Of a stretch of 57,871 bases of DNA, positions 43,437 through 52,078 are shown one piece after another. Both the position numbers and the translations under genes were made by a program. Under the pieces are notes generated by a model. It was not told the DNA's origin. It made no database searches and was given only the letters and a program-made list of their open reading frames with translations. Origin of the DNA: a virus; IMG/VR virus record IMGVR_UViG_3300009111_000006; one strand, given 5' to 3'. Numbering within the stretch: position 1 is the stretch's first letter; every line of letters begins with the position of its first letter.

Positions 43437-43955
43437 ATGGAACATCTTGACCAGGTCATCAAGTCGGTTACGCTGATCGCCCAGCCGGAGATTGAAAAAG
43501 CGACATTCCTGCTTACCGAGGTGCGCGATCGCGGGAATAGTGTGTGGATTGTCGGGAATGGCGGGAGTGCTGCGACCGCATCGCATTTTGCAAACGATCT
43601 GTGCAAAATGGGCGGGGTGAAAGCATTTTCATTGCCGGACATGACATCTCTAGTGAGTGCGCACGCGAACGATGATGGGCATGGGGCGATGTTCTCTGAA
43701 CCACTGAAGAGGATGCTGAATACCAACGATGTGCTGGTCGCGATCTCGTGTAGCGGGAATTCCGAAAATGTTGTGAACGCTGCGCAGTTTGCGATGAGCA
43801 TTGGCTGTGTCGTTATTGCGATGACCGGGAACAGGCCAAGTCGGTTATCGTTACTCAAACCGGATGTGCTAATTCAAGCCATGGCGGAACACATCACGGT
43901 GCAGGAAGACATACACATGATCGCCTGCCATGCGATTGCGAGGGGGATAAGATGA
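43437..43955 (+). CDS. gmhA: SIS-domain phosphoheptose isomerase (GmhA-like)
   Basis: VGNGGSAATASHFANDL and ISCSGNSENV. Confidence 0.75.
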   Translation: MEHLDQVIKSVTLIAQPEIEKATFLLTEVRDRGNSVWIVGNGGSAATASHFANDLCKMGGVKAFSLPDMTSLVSAHANDDGHGAMFSEPLKRMLNTNDVLVAISCSGNSENVVNAAQFAMSIGCVVIAMTGNRPSRLSLLKPDVLIQAMAEHITVQEDIHMIACHAIARGIR

Positions 43956-44248
43956 CGACTGAAAGAATAAGTAAGTTATCGGAGCTTATCACCAACGTAC
44001 AGATACTCATCGACAGGGGAGATAAGATGAGCGAAAAGGTGGAGGACTTACACAAAGTCGTCTTGATTGGGAATGGGAAGCCATCCCTGCGTGCCCAGGT
44101 AGCGCGGCACGATGACTGGATCAATAATGCCAATAGGCTGATCTGGATTCTTGTGACCGCAGCGGTTGGTCAGTTTATTGCCAGTATGTGTACCATGCTG
44201 GTTTTCATCATTGGCCTTTTTTGGCAATGGGGAGTGTTGAGGCCGTGA
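43952..44248 (+). CDS. Coiled-coil protein with a C-terminal membrane anchor (98 aa)
   Basis: ATGA coupling. LIWILVTAAVGQFIASMCTMLVFIIGLFW. Confidence 0.5.
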   Translation: MTTERISKLSELITNVQILIDRGDKMSEKVEDLHKVVLIGNGKPSLRAQVARHDDWINNANRLIWILVTAAVGQFIASMCTMLVFIIGLFWQWGVLRP

Positions 44249-44249
44249 G

Positions 44250-44993
44250 ATGCAGTGCCAGGCGTATGTGCGCAACTGCCGTGAATGTGGATACCACGAT
44301 GATCATCGCGCCAATGGAAACTGCCCGCAGTGTTGTGCTGACAGGCGCTGTCGCGAGAACGCAGTGCCGGGATATAAATGGTGCGATCGGCACGGTGGGC
44401 CTGCGCCTGGAAGAAACTTCTACGGATTGGGAAGGCGTATGACAACCGGGTCGGGCAGTTCATTTCCGCTGACAAGGCTGGCATCGAAATATCGCCAGAT
44501 GATCCAGGATGGCCGCATACTTTCGAACCGGCACAGCTTGGAGATTGTACGCCATCGCATCGAGCAGTTGGCAGATCGCATCGATCTGAATGATGCGCCG
44601 GATAGGTTTGCGGTTCTCTCCAAGCTATGGAAGGAATACACAAAGAAGATTGACGAGAAGCAGCCGCTCGAAGCCCATGCCGTTCGCCTGCAAATCGATG
44701 AGCAGTTCGAAGCTGCCTATCACGATTACGCAGCCTGGAAACAGATGTTCGAAGCGCTTGACCTGGACAGGAAGATGGTCGAGAGCGAAGTGAAAGTAGC
44801 CAAGGAAATTCAGGCAATTATGACCGCCGAGGAAGCATACGAGTTTGCGGCCAAGTTGCTGGGAGCGATAATGAATGTTGTTACAGACGCAGGGCAACTC
44901 CGCAGAATCCAATACGAGTTTACGCGACTTATTGGCGAAAAGCCTGAGCAGCGGGCTGGGTCAGGCGGCGGAGAAGTTATCGAAGTCGAATGA
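44250..44993 (+). CDS. Putative small terminase subunit with an N-terminal Cys-rich zinc finger
   Basis: Called only from its position directly upstream of the large terminase. Confidence 0.4.
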   Translation: MQCQAYVRNCRECGYHDDHRANGNCPQCCADRRCRENAVPGYKWCDRHGGPAPGRNFYGLGRRMTTGSGSSFPLTRLASKYRQMIQDGRILSNRHSLEIVRHRIEQLADRIDLNDAPDRFAVLSKLWKEYTKKIDEKQPLEAHAVRLQIDEQFEAAYHDYAAWKQMFEALDLDRKMVESEVKVAKEIQAIMTAEEAYEFAAKLLGAIMNVVTDAGQLRRIQYEFTRLIGEKPEQRAGSGGGEVIEVE

Positions 44994-47439
44994 TCCGGCG
45001 AGCTGGATAGAAGACAACTTCTACATCCCGGAGACCCGCAACGATCCCGATCTGCGCGGGTTGATGCGTTTGCAGGACTACCAGCGGGACGCGATCCGGG
45101 AAGCATTGTCCAAAGATGAAAATGGGCTGTATAAGTACTCGATCATCGTCTGGTCCGACATCAAAAAATCTGCCAAGTCGTCAATCGCCGCAGCGGTTGT
45201 GCAATATGGTCTCGAACATACGGAATGGGGCGAATACTACATCATTGCCAACGATCTCAAGCAGGCTGACTCGCGTGTGGCGCATTACCTGAGAAGGTCG
45301 ATCCAGTTGAACGCGGACAAGTCCACGAAGTATTCCACGCGTGGATACAAGATAACTTCGCAGAACGGCTCTTTCGCCGAAGCGATCCCGATTGATCCAA
45401 GCGGAGAGGCCGGATCGAACGCGGATGGAATTTTCTTCTCCGAATTGTGGGGGGCGAACGAAGAGCAGAAACACATCATGTGGTGTCTCGATCAGGACAG
45501 TGACGTTTTGACCCGGAAGGGCTGGAAAAAAGGCGTAGAACTTACGCGCCTCGATGAAGTAGCTGTCTACAATTATGGAAAGATTGAGTGGGAACATCCG
45601 CGTTCTGTTTTTATCGAGCATTACACTGGCAAGATGCACTTATACGAGCATAAAAACTTTAGTCTGATGTGTACTCCCGATCATCGGCTTTATGGACGAT
45701 ATTCTTATGCTGGAATGAAGTCAGGGCGATATGACACATTCGGAGTGATGCGATCCAACGTTCTGCGAGAAAGTGGATACGGATATTACCATCCGGTTTT
45801 GACTGCCGATCCGGTTGCGGGCGAAATCGACATTCCGAAATATATTTACATCGCAAAAACAAAATTCAAGCCGGAGAAATATATCCCGTGGGACAAGTGG
45901 GCTTCGTTCATGGGGTTATATCTCACCGAGGGCAGCACAGATACTTTCCGTGGGGTTCCTTGCCATGTGAAAATTTCTCAATTGCGGGAACCCCATCCAC
46001 AAAGGTATGACCGAATTCGCGAAATCCTGGAAGATGTTTTTGGCGATTGGCTAAATGTAAACAAACGTGACGGATTTTCAATTGGAAGCACAGAGCTTGC
46101 CAAGATTACAAAAAAGTTTGGAACGACATGGCAGAAACGCATTCCGAGGACGATCATTGAAAGCCCGCCGGATGTACTCGAAAAATTCCTGGAAGGATTT
46201 TGGCTTGGAGATGGAAGCAATCCAATCAAGTCTGGAACGAAAACTTATTGCTGTGCAAGCGAGGGACTCGCAGACGATTTGCAAGAAATCTTATTTAGAC
46301 TTGGATACCGATCGTCGAAACGCCCCCATGAAAAATATTGGAGAGTGAGCCAGATACTTGGATCGTTTGATGTTTCTGTCAGCAAAAAATCCTGGCAGGA
46401 AGTCGATTACTCCGGGAAAGTCTGGTGCCCGGTTGTCTCTACAGGATTGTTTATTGCAAGAAGGGAAGGCAGACCATTCGTGACCGGTAACAGTGAAATG
46501 ACGCTTTCGCCGACAAAATACGGAAAGTCCTTCCGTTGGGTGGAGTCGTATGCCGGGTTCATCGAAGAGTCGAAACTTCTGTACAGCCTGTACGAAACTG
46601 GCGTTAAACGTGGACAGCTTCTCTGGCCGGACAGGTTATATCCTGTAACTGGCGGCGCACCGGCACCGTTGGAACTGTATGTCAACCGGGATGCCCGTAT
46701 GTTGTGCCTGTGGAATACACAACCTCGCTGCCCATGGCAAACACCGGAGTATTACCAGTCAGAATCGCAGGTTTTGCTGCCTAATCAGTTTGCTCGTATG
46801 CACCGCAACCAGTGGGTGGCGAGCGAGGAAGTTTTCGTGCCGGTCGAGTGGTATGACGCTTGTTTCCATGGATCCCAGGATTGGCCAACGTATGACCATA
46901 AAAAGCATCCGATGATTATCGCCCTGGATGCTGGTGTTTCCTCGGATAACTTCGGTCTCTGGATGGGATGCAGGCACCCTGCATCATCGAAGGATGTGCT
47001 GACACAGTATGTCCAGCGCTGGAAGCCGCCGATCGGTGGAAAGATAGACTTCCAGGGCACCGTTGAAAATCCGGGCCCGGAGCGTGTTTTGCGACAACTT
47101 GTAAAAGAGTATAATGTAATAGAAATTGCCTACGATCCGTACCAGCTTCATGACATGGCAACCAGGCTCAAGCAGGAAGGACTTGCGTGGTTTCGACCGT
47201 TTGGTCAGGGCAACGAGCGCTTGCTTGCCGACAGCCAGTATCGGGCACTTATTAGAGATCGCAGGTTTTGGCACCGCGGCGAACCCGAGATGCGCGAGCA
47301 TGTTATGAACGCCAATGCCAGCGTGGATGAAAAGAACGACAATAAATTGCGCATCGTGAAGCGGAACGAAAGTAGCAAAATAGACCTGTGCATCACGGCC
47401 AGCATGGGTTCGTATGAAATCTTACGACTAAACCTGTGA
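44875..47439 (+). CDS. terL: Terminase large subunit interrupted by an intein (518-aa extein)
   Basis: Position before the portal gene. Terminase-like N- and C-terminal regions. The only in-frame ATG is at 44875, which gives a 119-nt overlap with the upstream gene. Confidence 0.75.
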   Translation: MLLQTQGNSAESNTSLRDLLAKSLSSGLGQAAEKLSKSNDPASWIEDNFYIPETRNDPDLRGLMRLQDYQRDAIREALSKDENGLYKYSIIVWSDIKKSAKSSIAAAVVQYGLEHTEWGEYYIIANDLKQADSRVAHYLRRSIQLNADKSTKYSTRGYKITSQNGSFAEAIPIDPSGEAGSNADGIFFSELWGANEEQKHIMWCLDQDSDVLTRKGWKKGVELTRLDEVAVYNYGKIEWEHPRSVFIEHYTGKMHLYEHKNFSLMCTPDHRLYGRYSYAGMKSGRYDTFGVMRSNVLRESGYGYYHPVLTADPVAGEIDIPKYIYIAKTKFKPEKYIPWDKWASFMGLYLTEGSTDTFRGVPCHVKISQLREPHPQRYDRIREILEDVFGDWLNVNKRDGFSIGSTELAKITKKFGTTWQKRIPRTIIESPPDVLEKFLEGFWLGDGSNPIKSGTKTYCCASEGLADDLQEILFRLGYRSSKRPHEKYWRVSQILGSFDVSVSKKSWQEVDYSGKVWCPVVSTGLFIARREGRPFVTGNSEMTLSPTKYGKSFRWVESYAGFIEESKLLYSLYETGVKRGQLLWPDRLYPVTGGAPAPLELYVNRDARMLCLWNTQPRCPWQTPEYYQSESQVLLPNQFARMHRNQWVASEEVFVPVEWYDACFHGSQDWPTYDHKKHPMIIALDAGVSSDNFGLWMGCRHPASSKDVLTQYVQRWKPPIGGKIDFQGTVENPGPERVLRQLVKEYNVIEIAYDPYQLHDMATRLKQEGLAWFRPFGQGNERLLADSQYRALIRDRRFWHRGEPEMREHVMNANASVDEKNDNKLRIVKRNESSKIDLCITASMGSYEILRLNL
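45484..46491 (+). mobile_element. Intein (336 aa) with a LAGLIDADG homing endonuclease
   Basis: Starts at Cys (W|CLDQDSDVLT). Block B TPDH. LYLTEGST and FLEGFWLGDGS. Ends ...FVTGN|S. Confidence 0.8.
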
Positions 47440-47445
47440 GGAAGC

Positions 47446-47733
47446 GTGAAGGATAACGAACTGCAAGATGCGATCTTTGAAGAGATCGCCAGGAGAACGC
47501 CATTCTCTTATCGCGAAATAAATTACGCGTACAGAATACTTGCAAGCATTGATAGGGTTATCGAGGCGACCGAACACGCAATAACTTTCGGCTCGTCTTT
47601 GGGATATGCCGTTTATCAACTAAACATGAAAGGGAAGCCAGATGAAACGCAATCCGCAGTTCCGGCCAGAGTACACCGTAAGAGAAGAATTGCCAAAAGT
47701 ATCCGACCAGAAGCTGATGTGCCCGTTTTGTGA
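47446..47733 (+). CDS. Hypothetical protein (GTG start)
   Basis: GAGGAAG RBS. It overlaps the next ORF by 92 nt. Confidence 0.4.
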   Translation: MKDNELQDAIFEEIARRTPFSYREINYAYRILASIDRVIEATEHAITFGSSLGYAVYQLNMKGKPDETQSAVPARVHRKRRIAKSIRPEADVPVL

Positions 47734-48106
47734 TATTCCGCACGAACTGTCGCCGACCGAAGCAGCAAAATGCGGAACGATCATCCGGGTGACAGCCGTT
47801 CAGACTGTGGTGCCGAAGCGCACCGTGCGCGACAAGAAACTGACTTGCCTGAAATGCAAGAAGGGCGACGGCGAGATGGTTGTTTATGGCAACAGTTACA
47901 TCCACCTCGTTGACTGTATGCCCGAGATAAAAATGCTTTCGGCTGAACCAAAGTACAGCAGGCTGGCAAAGTTTGTTCATGATCTGCCAGCCTGGATGAA
48001 AAAACGCATCGAGAAGAAAACCGGCATTGCCAAAAAGGTTTTGGATGTCGATCAGACAGGCCACGAGACTGGCAAGGTAGCCGGATACTTTTTCTACAAG
48101 CCGTAA
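47642..48106 (+). CDS. Zinc-ribbon protein (154 aa)
   Basis: CPFC...CLKC. AAGGGAAG RBS. Confidence 0.5.
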   Translation: MKRNPQFRPEYTVREELPKVSDQKLMCPFCDIPHELSPTEAAKCGTIIRVTAVQTVVPKRTVRDKKLTCLKCKKGDGEMVVYGNSYIHLVDCMPEIKMLSAEPKYSRLAKFVHDLPAWMKKRIEKKTGIAKKVLDVDQTGHETGKVAGYFFYKP

Positions 48107-48258
48107 TGTGCCCAGAAGCGAACCTTATCCTCACGCGATATATGTTTTCAGCACTCATGTATGCCGTTGGAAAAGGCACATTACGACAAATTTATAGAAT
48201 AAAGCGACAACTCGAAACACATAGATTGTTTTGTTGCAACTGCAAGATGCTGAAATAA

Positions 48259-48296
48259 AGTCACGGTGCTGATGCTGGGGCACCAGCACTGTGACT
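48259..48296 (+). other. Strong 16-bp hairpin 16 nt upstream of the portal start
   Basis: AGTCACGGTGCTG.TGC-tggg-GCA.CAGCACTGTGACT. Confidence 0.6.
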
Positions 48297-48312
48297 AACC
48301 GGAAGGACTAAC

Positions 48313-49812
48313 ATGCCAAACGTTCCGCAGCTAGTTCCAGAAACGCAATTTCCAACAGATGCAGTTCGTGAAAGCGTACAGGTATCGCCTGCACCTACCA
48401 TCTTACCGACAACCGGTTGGTTGACGATGGATATTGCATCAGCCGCAGATGAAATTACTCCGTGGGGACGCGCCCCAGCATTCAGGGACAGGCAACTGCG
48501 TGACTTTTGGCCGAATGAACCTTACCTGGCTGGCGCAATGTCGAATGTCAGTTTCAGGAATGCGTCATTCCTGTGGGAAATTCAGGGTCCTGACAAGATC
48601 GCCCAGGCCGTTACTGAGATGTTGCTCAATTCCATTGCGAATGACACGATTGGCTGGATACCGTTCATCGAGACGTTCTCGCAGGACCTGTATGCGCAGG
48701 ATAACGGTGCTTTCCAGGAAATTATTCGCGATCCTGGCATGGATGCCAACAGCCCATTCAAGAATGAGCGCGCCCCGGTTATTGGGCTGGCTAATCTCGA
48801 CTCAAATCTTTGCACGCGAACTGGTAATCCAGAATTTCCCATAATTTACACAGACGAGAATGGAAAATTCCACAAGATGCCCTGGTACAGCGTGATCCCA
48901 TTCTCGGATTACGCGTCGTCCATTCGTTCCATGCACGGCATTGGCTACTGTGCCGTAACCAGGGCGTTGAAATTATCACAGTACATCCGTTCTATAATCC
49001 TTTACAAGACAGAAAAGGTTGCTGGTCGCCATTACAAGCAGATGCACTTTGTCTCAGGCGTAAGTAAACAGGAACTAAAGGATGAAATGCAGCGAGGTCA
49101 GGAGGATGCGAACAATGCCGGAATGATACGCTACATCATGCCTGCTATCCTGGCGTCCCTTGACCCGGAGAAGCCTGTTTCAACGGCGACAATTGACCTT
49201 GCCAGCTTGCCGGATGGATTTGACTTCGATCAGGAAATGAAGTGGTATATCGCAGGACTGGCGCTGGACTTCGGCGTGGACTACCAGGAGTTTGCGCCCC
49301 TGCCAGGTGGGAACATAGGTTCAAGCCAGCAATCGATGATCCTGGATCGCAAATCGAGCGGGAAAGGCCCAGCTTCGTTCATGCTCAAGCTGGCGCAGGC
49401 GTATAAGTCTTATGGAGTTTTGCCGCGAAACTGCAAGATGGCTTTCCAGGACAAGGATGAGCAGGAAGCGCTGGAACGCCAAACCGTGCGCACGAAAGCC
49501 GCTGAAGAATATGCAATCCTAGCGCGTTCTGGAATTCTATCTCCCGATGCGATCCGGCAGGATGCCGTCAAGCGCAACATCTATGACAAAGCATTGATCG
49601 ATACCATGGACAAGGATTATGGCATCGACATTCTCTCTCGGAATAAATCAGCAATTGGACAGACTGGCGGGAACACACTGGCCGAAGATGCGGCCCGACA
49701 GACTACAGGGAACATAAGCGAGACATCTGGTGCGCAGTTACGCAAAGAAAAGCAGGGCTTTATTAGTGAATTGGTTTCCAAGTTGAAGCCATCCCGAGGC
49801 GTGCATGGCTAG
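48313..49812 (+). CDS. Portal protein
   Basis: 499 aa, lying between the terminase and the protease/capsid genes. GGAAGGA RBS. Confidence 0.75.
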   Translation: MPNVPQLVPETQFPTDAVRESVQVSPAPTILPTTGWLTMDIASAADEITPWGRAPAFRDRQLRDFWPNEPYLAGAMSNVSFRNASFLWEIQGPDKIAQAVTEMLLNSIANDTIGWIPFIETFSQDLYAQDNGAFQEIIRDPGMDANSPFKNERAPVIGLANLDSNLCTRTGNPEFPIIYTDENGKFHKMPWYSVIPFSDYASSIRSMHGIGYCAVTRALKLSQYIRSIILYKTEKVAGRHYKQMHFVSGVSKQELKDEMQRGQEDANNAGMIRYIMPAILASLDPEKPVSTATIDLASLPDGFDFDQEMKWYIAGLALDFGVDYQEFAPLPGGNIGSSQQSMILDRKSSGKGPASFMLKLAQAYKSYGVLPRNCKMAFQDKDEQEALERQTVRTKAAEEYAILARSGILSPDAIRQDAVKRNIYDKALIDTMDKDYGIDILSRNKSAIGQTGGNTLAEDAARQTTGNISETSGAQLRKEKQGFISELVSKLKPSRGVHG

Positions 49813-50299
49813 AATCAGCGTCAACATCCGTATGCCAAAGAAGATCGTGGATGCAAACGATTATCTTGACGCATTGGAAAGGGCGCAAAGGCTGATTGTT
49901 TCGAAAGACCTCGTGAAGCTCTTCGAGGAAACCGTTGAAGGTTGGGAGCATAAACCTGACTTCGTAACCAAGTTGAACGTAAGCAGCGGAACAATCAGTG
50001 TGACCGTTCGCGCCAGCGGGCAGTACGGAAGTCAATATGCGCTCGTTTCAAAAGGCTCTCCGTCGCACACGATCGTCCCAAGCACACAACCTTATCTTAG
50101 GTTTCAGCGTGGCTACCGTGCTGCCACAAAGGTTGGAGTTCTCAGGAGTGGTCCAAAGTCCAGGTTCGGAAACTACGTCTCTGCGTTGGGTGTAAATCAT
50201 CCTGGTTTTGAACCAAGAGACTTCCCAAAACTCATCAAAGAAGAATACAGCAGGCAATTTACGGAAGAAATGCAAGGCGCGATCAATAATGTCAAGTGA
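49805..50299 (+). CDS. Head-module protein of unknown function (164 aa)
   Basis: Its start overlaps the portal stop. Confidence 0.5.
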   Translation: MARISVNIRMPKKIVDANDYLDALERAQRLIVSKDLVKLFEETVEGWEHKPDFVTKLNVSSGTISVTVRASGQYGSQYALVSKGSPSHTIVPSTQPYLRFQRGYRAATKVGVLRSGPKSRFGNYVSALGVNHPGFEPRDFPKLIKEEYSRQFTEEMQGAINNVK

Positions 50300-50333
50300 C
50301 AAATGTCATATATATTCCATCTCATGCTATAAT
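50296..50333 (+). promoter_or_regulatory. RTGAC-N4-GTCAY box 18 nt upstream of the extended -10 TGcTATAAT
   Basis: Box at 50296..50309. TATAAT at 50328..50333. Confidence 0.5.
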
Positions 50334-50352
50334 TTTAGTAAGCGAGGTTGCT

Positions 50353-52065
50353 ATGGCAAATAGGCAGCAAAAAGAAGATCGGCGTCGGGCTATTCGCTTG
50401 ATGCAGGAAGAAAAGAAAAAGGAAAAGCTGGTCGAGAAGGAAATCCAGCCGCTCGACTATCTTGATCTTCCAGCAGAAGAACCGCAGGAAGTTGCCGAGA
50501 AGGAAATGGGAGAAGATGTATTCCCACTTCCCGGCCCGACATCCTGGGAAGAACTTGAAGCTGCAAAGATGGCCATGGAAAAAGCCCACGAACTGCGCGA
50601 AGCTGGGTGGAATGTTCAAGACCTCGTCTACAATATCGTTCGACATCCGATAATGGGCGCAAAAGAAAAAGCGTCCGCTATCCAGGCCGTTGGCACCGGG
50701 TTCGGAGAACGCGTTGATAAAATTATGTCGGATGATGGTGAGTACGAAGAAAAAGACCTTGACTTGCTTTCTGTACAGGCCGTTATAGCCCATGACGGAC
50801 GAAAAATTTCACTGGTAGAAAAAGCGCTTGATTATATCGAGAAGAAGAAGCTGACCACCAAGGTGGAGAACGCGCTTTCGGACGAACAATTTGCCCTGGT
50901 GCGCGAAGTCGATGGCAAGAAAGAACGCAAGTATCCCATTCACGACAAGGCGCATGTGCGCAATGCCCTGGCGCGAGCTGCACAGATGATTTCTGCGGGC
51001 GGGGATGCCGCCGCGGATGCAAAAGCGGCGTTGCCGAAAATCCGCGCTGCGGCAAAGCGCATGGGCATCGAAGTCTCGATGGAAAAAGATCGCAATGCCA
51101 TCCTGGTGGAAAAAGATGCCAGCGGGAACTGGCGCTGGGTTGGCTGGGTATCCAACAACTTCATCGATTGGGATGGAGATATTTTCAGCGAAAGCGCTCA
51201 CAAGGAATATGTTTCCTGGGTCAACGAGAATATGGATGTTGCCCCGGTATCAATGTCCTGGCATACTCCCGGTACGGTTCGGGAGAATCCGGTTGATTTT
51301 GTGACCTACGAGAACGGTTTCCTGATCATGAGCGGGAAACTCACCGAGAAAGAAGCTGCGGCTATTCTTACGGTTCAGAAAAGCGTTGAACTCGGGATGT
51401 CGCATGGAACATTTATTTTTGGACGCGATCCAAAGGATCCGCGTATTGTAACGAAATATAGAATGTATGAATCTTCGGATTTGCCAACCAATAACGCGGC
51501 GAATCCGTTTACTGACTTTGAAACAGTCACGAAGGAGGCTGGTATGGATAAGTTGCAATATCTCGCCGCGATCTTGGGAGACGAAAAGAAAGCCAAGGCT
51601 TTCCTCGAAAAGACCGGCCAAAAGCAGAAGGATTTGCAGGATGCAGGCATTGAAAGCAAGGGTAAAGACGAAGTTCCCACAGAACCTGTCGCTGCCGTTG
51701 TTCCCGAACCTATCGCCCCTGCCGTCCCGCAGGATGAGCACATCATGAAGATGGTCGAGAAGGTTCTCAAGGAAACGTACAAAATCGATGACCTGAACGC
51801 ATGGGTTTCCCAAGCGAACGAAGCCATCGAGAAGGTGCCTGTCCTGGAAGACCTGGTCAAAAATCTTTCGACAGCGACGGATGAAAAGGTGGCGGAGTTG
51901 CTGACCCCGCCAGCCGCAAGCCTGGCCTGGGCGATGAAGAGTCGCGCCAGTCAGTCCGACAAAACCGTCGCAGAACCGGAAGATGAAATCGTAAAAAGCA
52001 AGCCTGGCGTTCCGGGCGAATACTGGCTTTCGGATGCCACCGGCACCGTTCCAGTAAAACAGTAG
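50353..52065 (+). CDS. Prohead serine protease (HK97/S78-like) fused to scaffold-like regions
   Basis: WVSNNFIDWDGDIFSESAH...MSWHTPG...ELGMSHGTF. Charged coiled-coil N- and C-terminal regions. Confidence 0.65.
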   Translation: MANRQQKEDRRRAIRLMQEEKKKEKLVEKEIQPLDYLDLPAEEPQEVAEKEMGEDVFPLPGPTSWEELEAAKMAMEKAHELREAGWNVQDLVYNIVRHPIMGAKEKASAIQAVGTGFGERVDKIMSDDGEYEEKDLDLLSVQAVIAHDGRKISLVEKALDYIEKKKLTTKVENALSDEQFALVREVDGKKERKYPIHDKAHVRNALARAAQMISAGGDAAADAKAALPKIRAAAKRMGIEVSMEKDRNAILVEKDASGNWRWVGWVSNNFIDWDGDIFSESAHKEYVSWVNENMDVAPVSMSWHTPGTVRENPVDFVTYENGFLIMSGKLTEKEAAAILTVQKSVELGMSHGTFIFGRDPKDPRIVTKYRMYESSDLPTNNAANPFTDFETVTKEAGMDKLQYLAAILGDEKKAKAFLEKTGQKQKDLQDAGIESKGKDEVPTEPVAAVVPEPIAPAVPQDEHIMKMVEKVLKETYKIDDLNAWVSQANEAIEKVPVLEDLVKNLSTATDEKVAELLTPPAASLAWAMKSRASQSDKTVAEPEDEIVKSKPGVPGEYWLSDATGTVPVKQ

Positions 52066-52078
52066 CAGGAGGTGAATT

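Noticed and set aside
43192-43476. 94-aa ORF on the + strand
   Set aside because: It runs through a terminator and the gmhA promoter. The 59-aa ORF 43220..43399 in another frame, coupled to the upstream stop, is more plausible.
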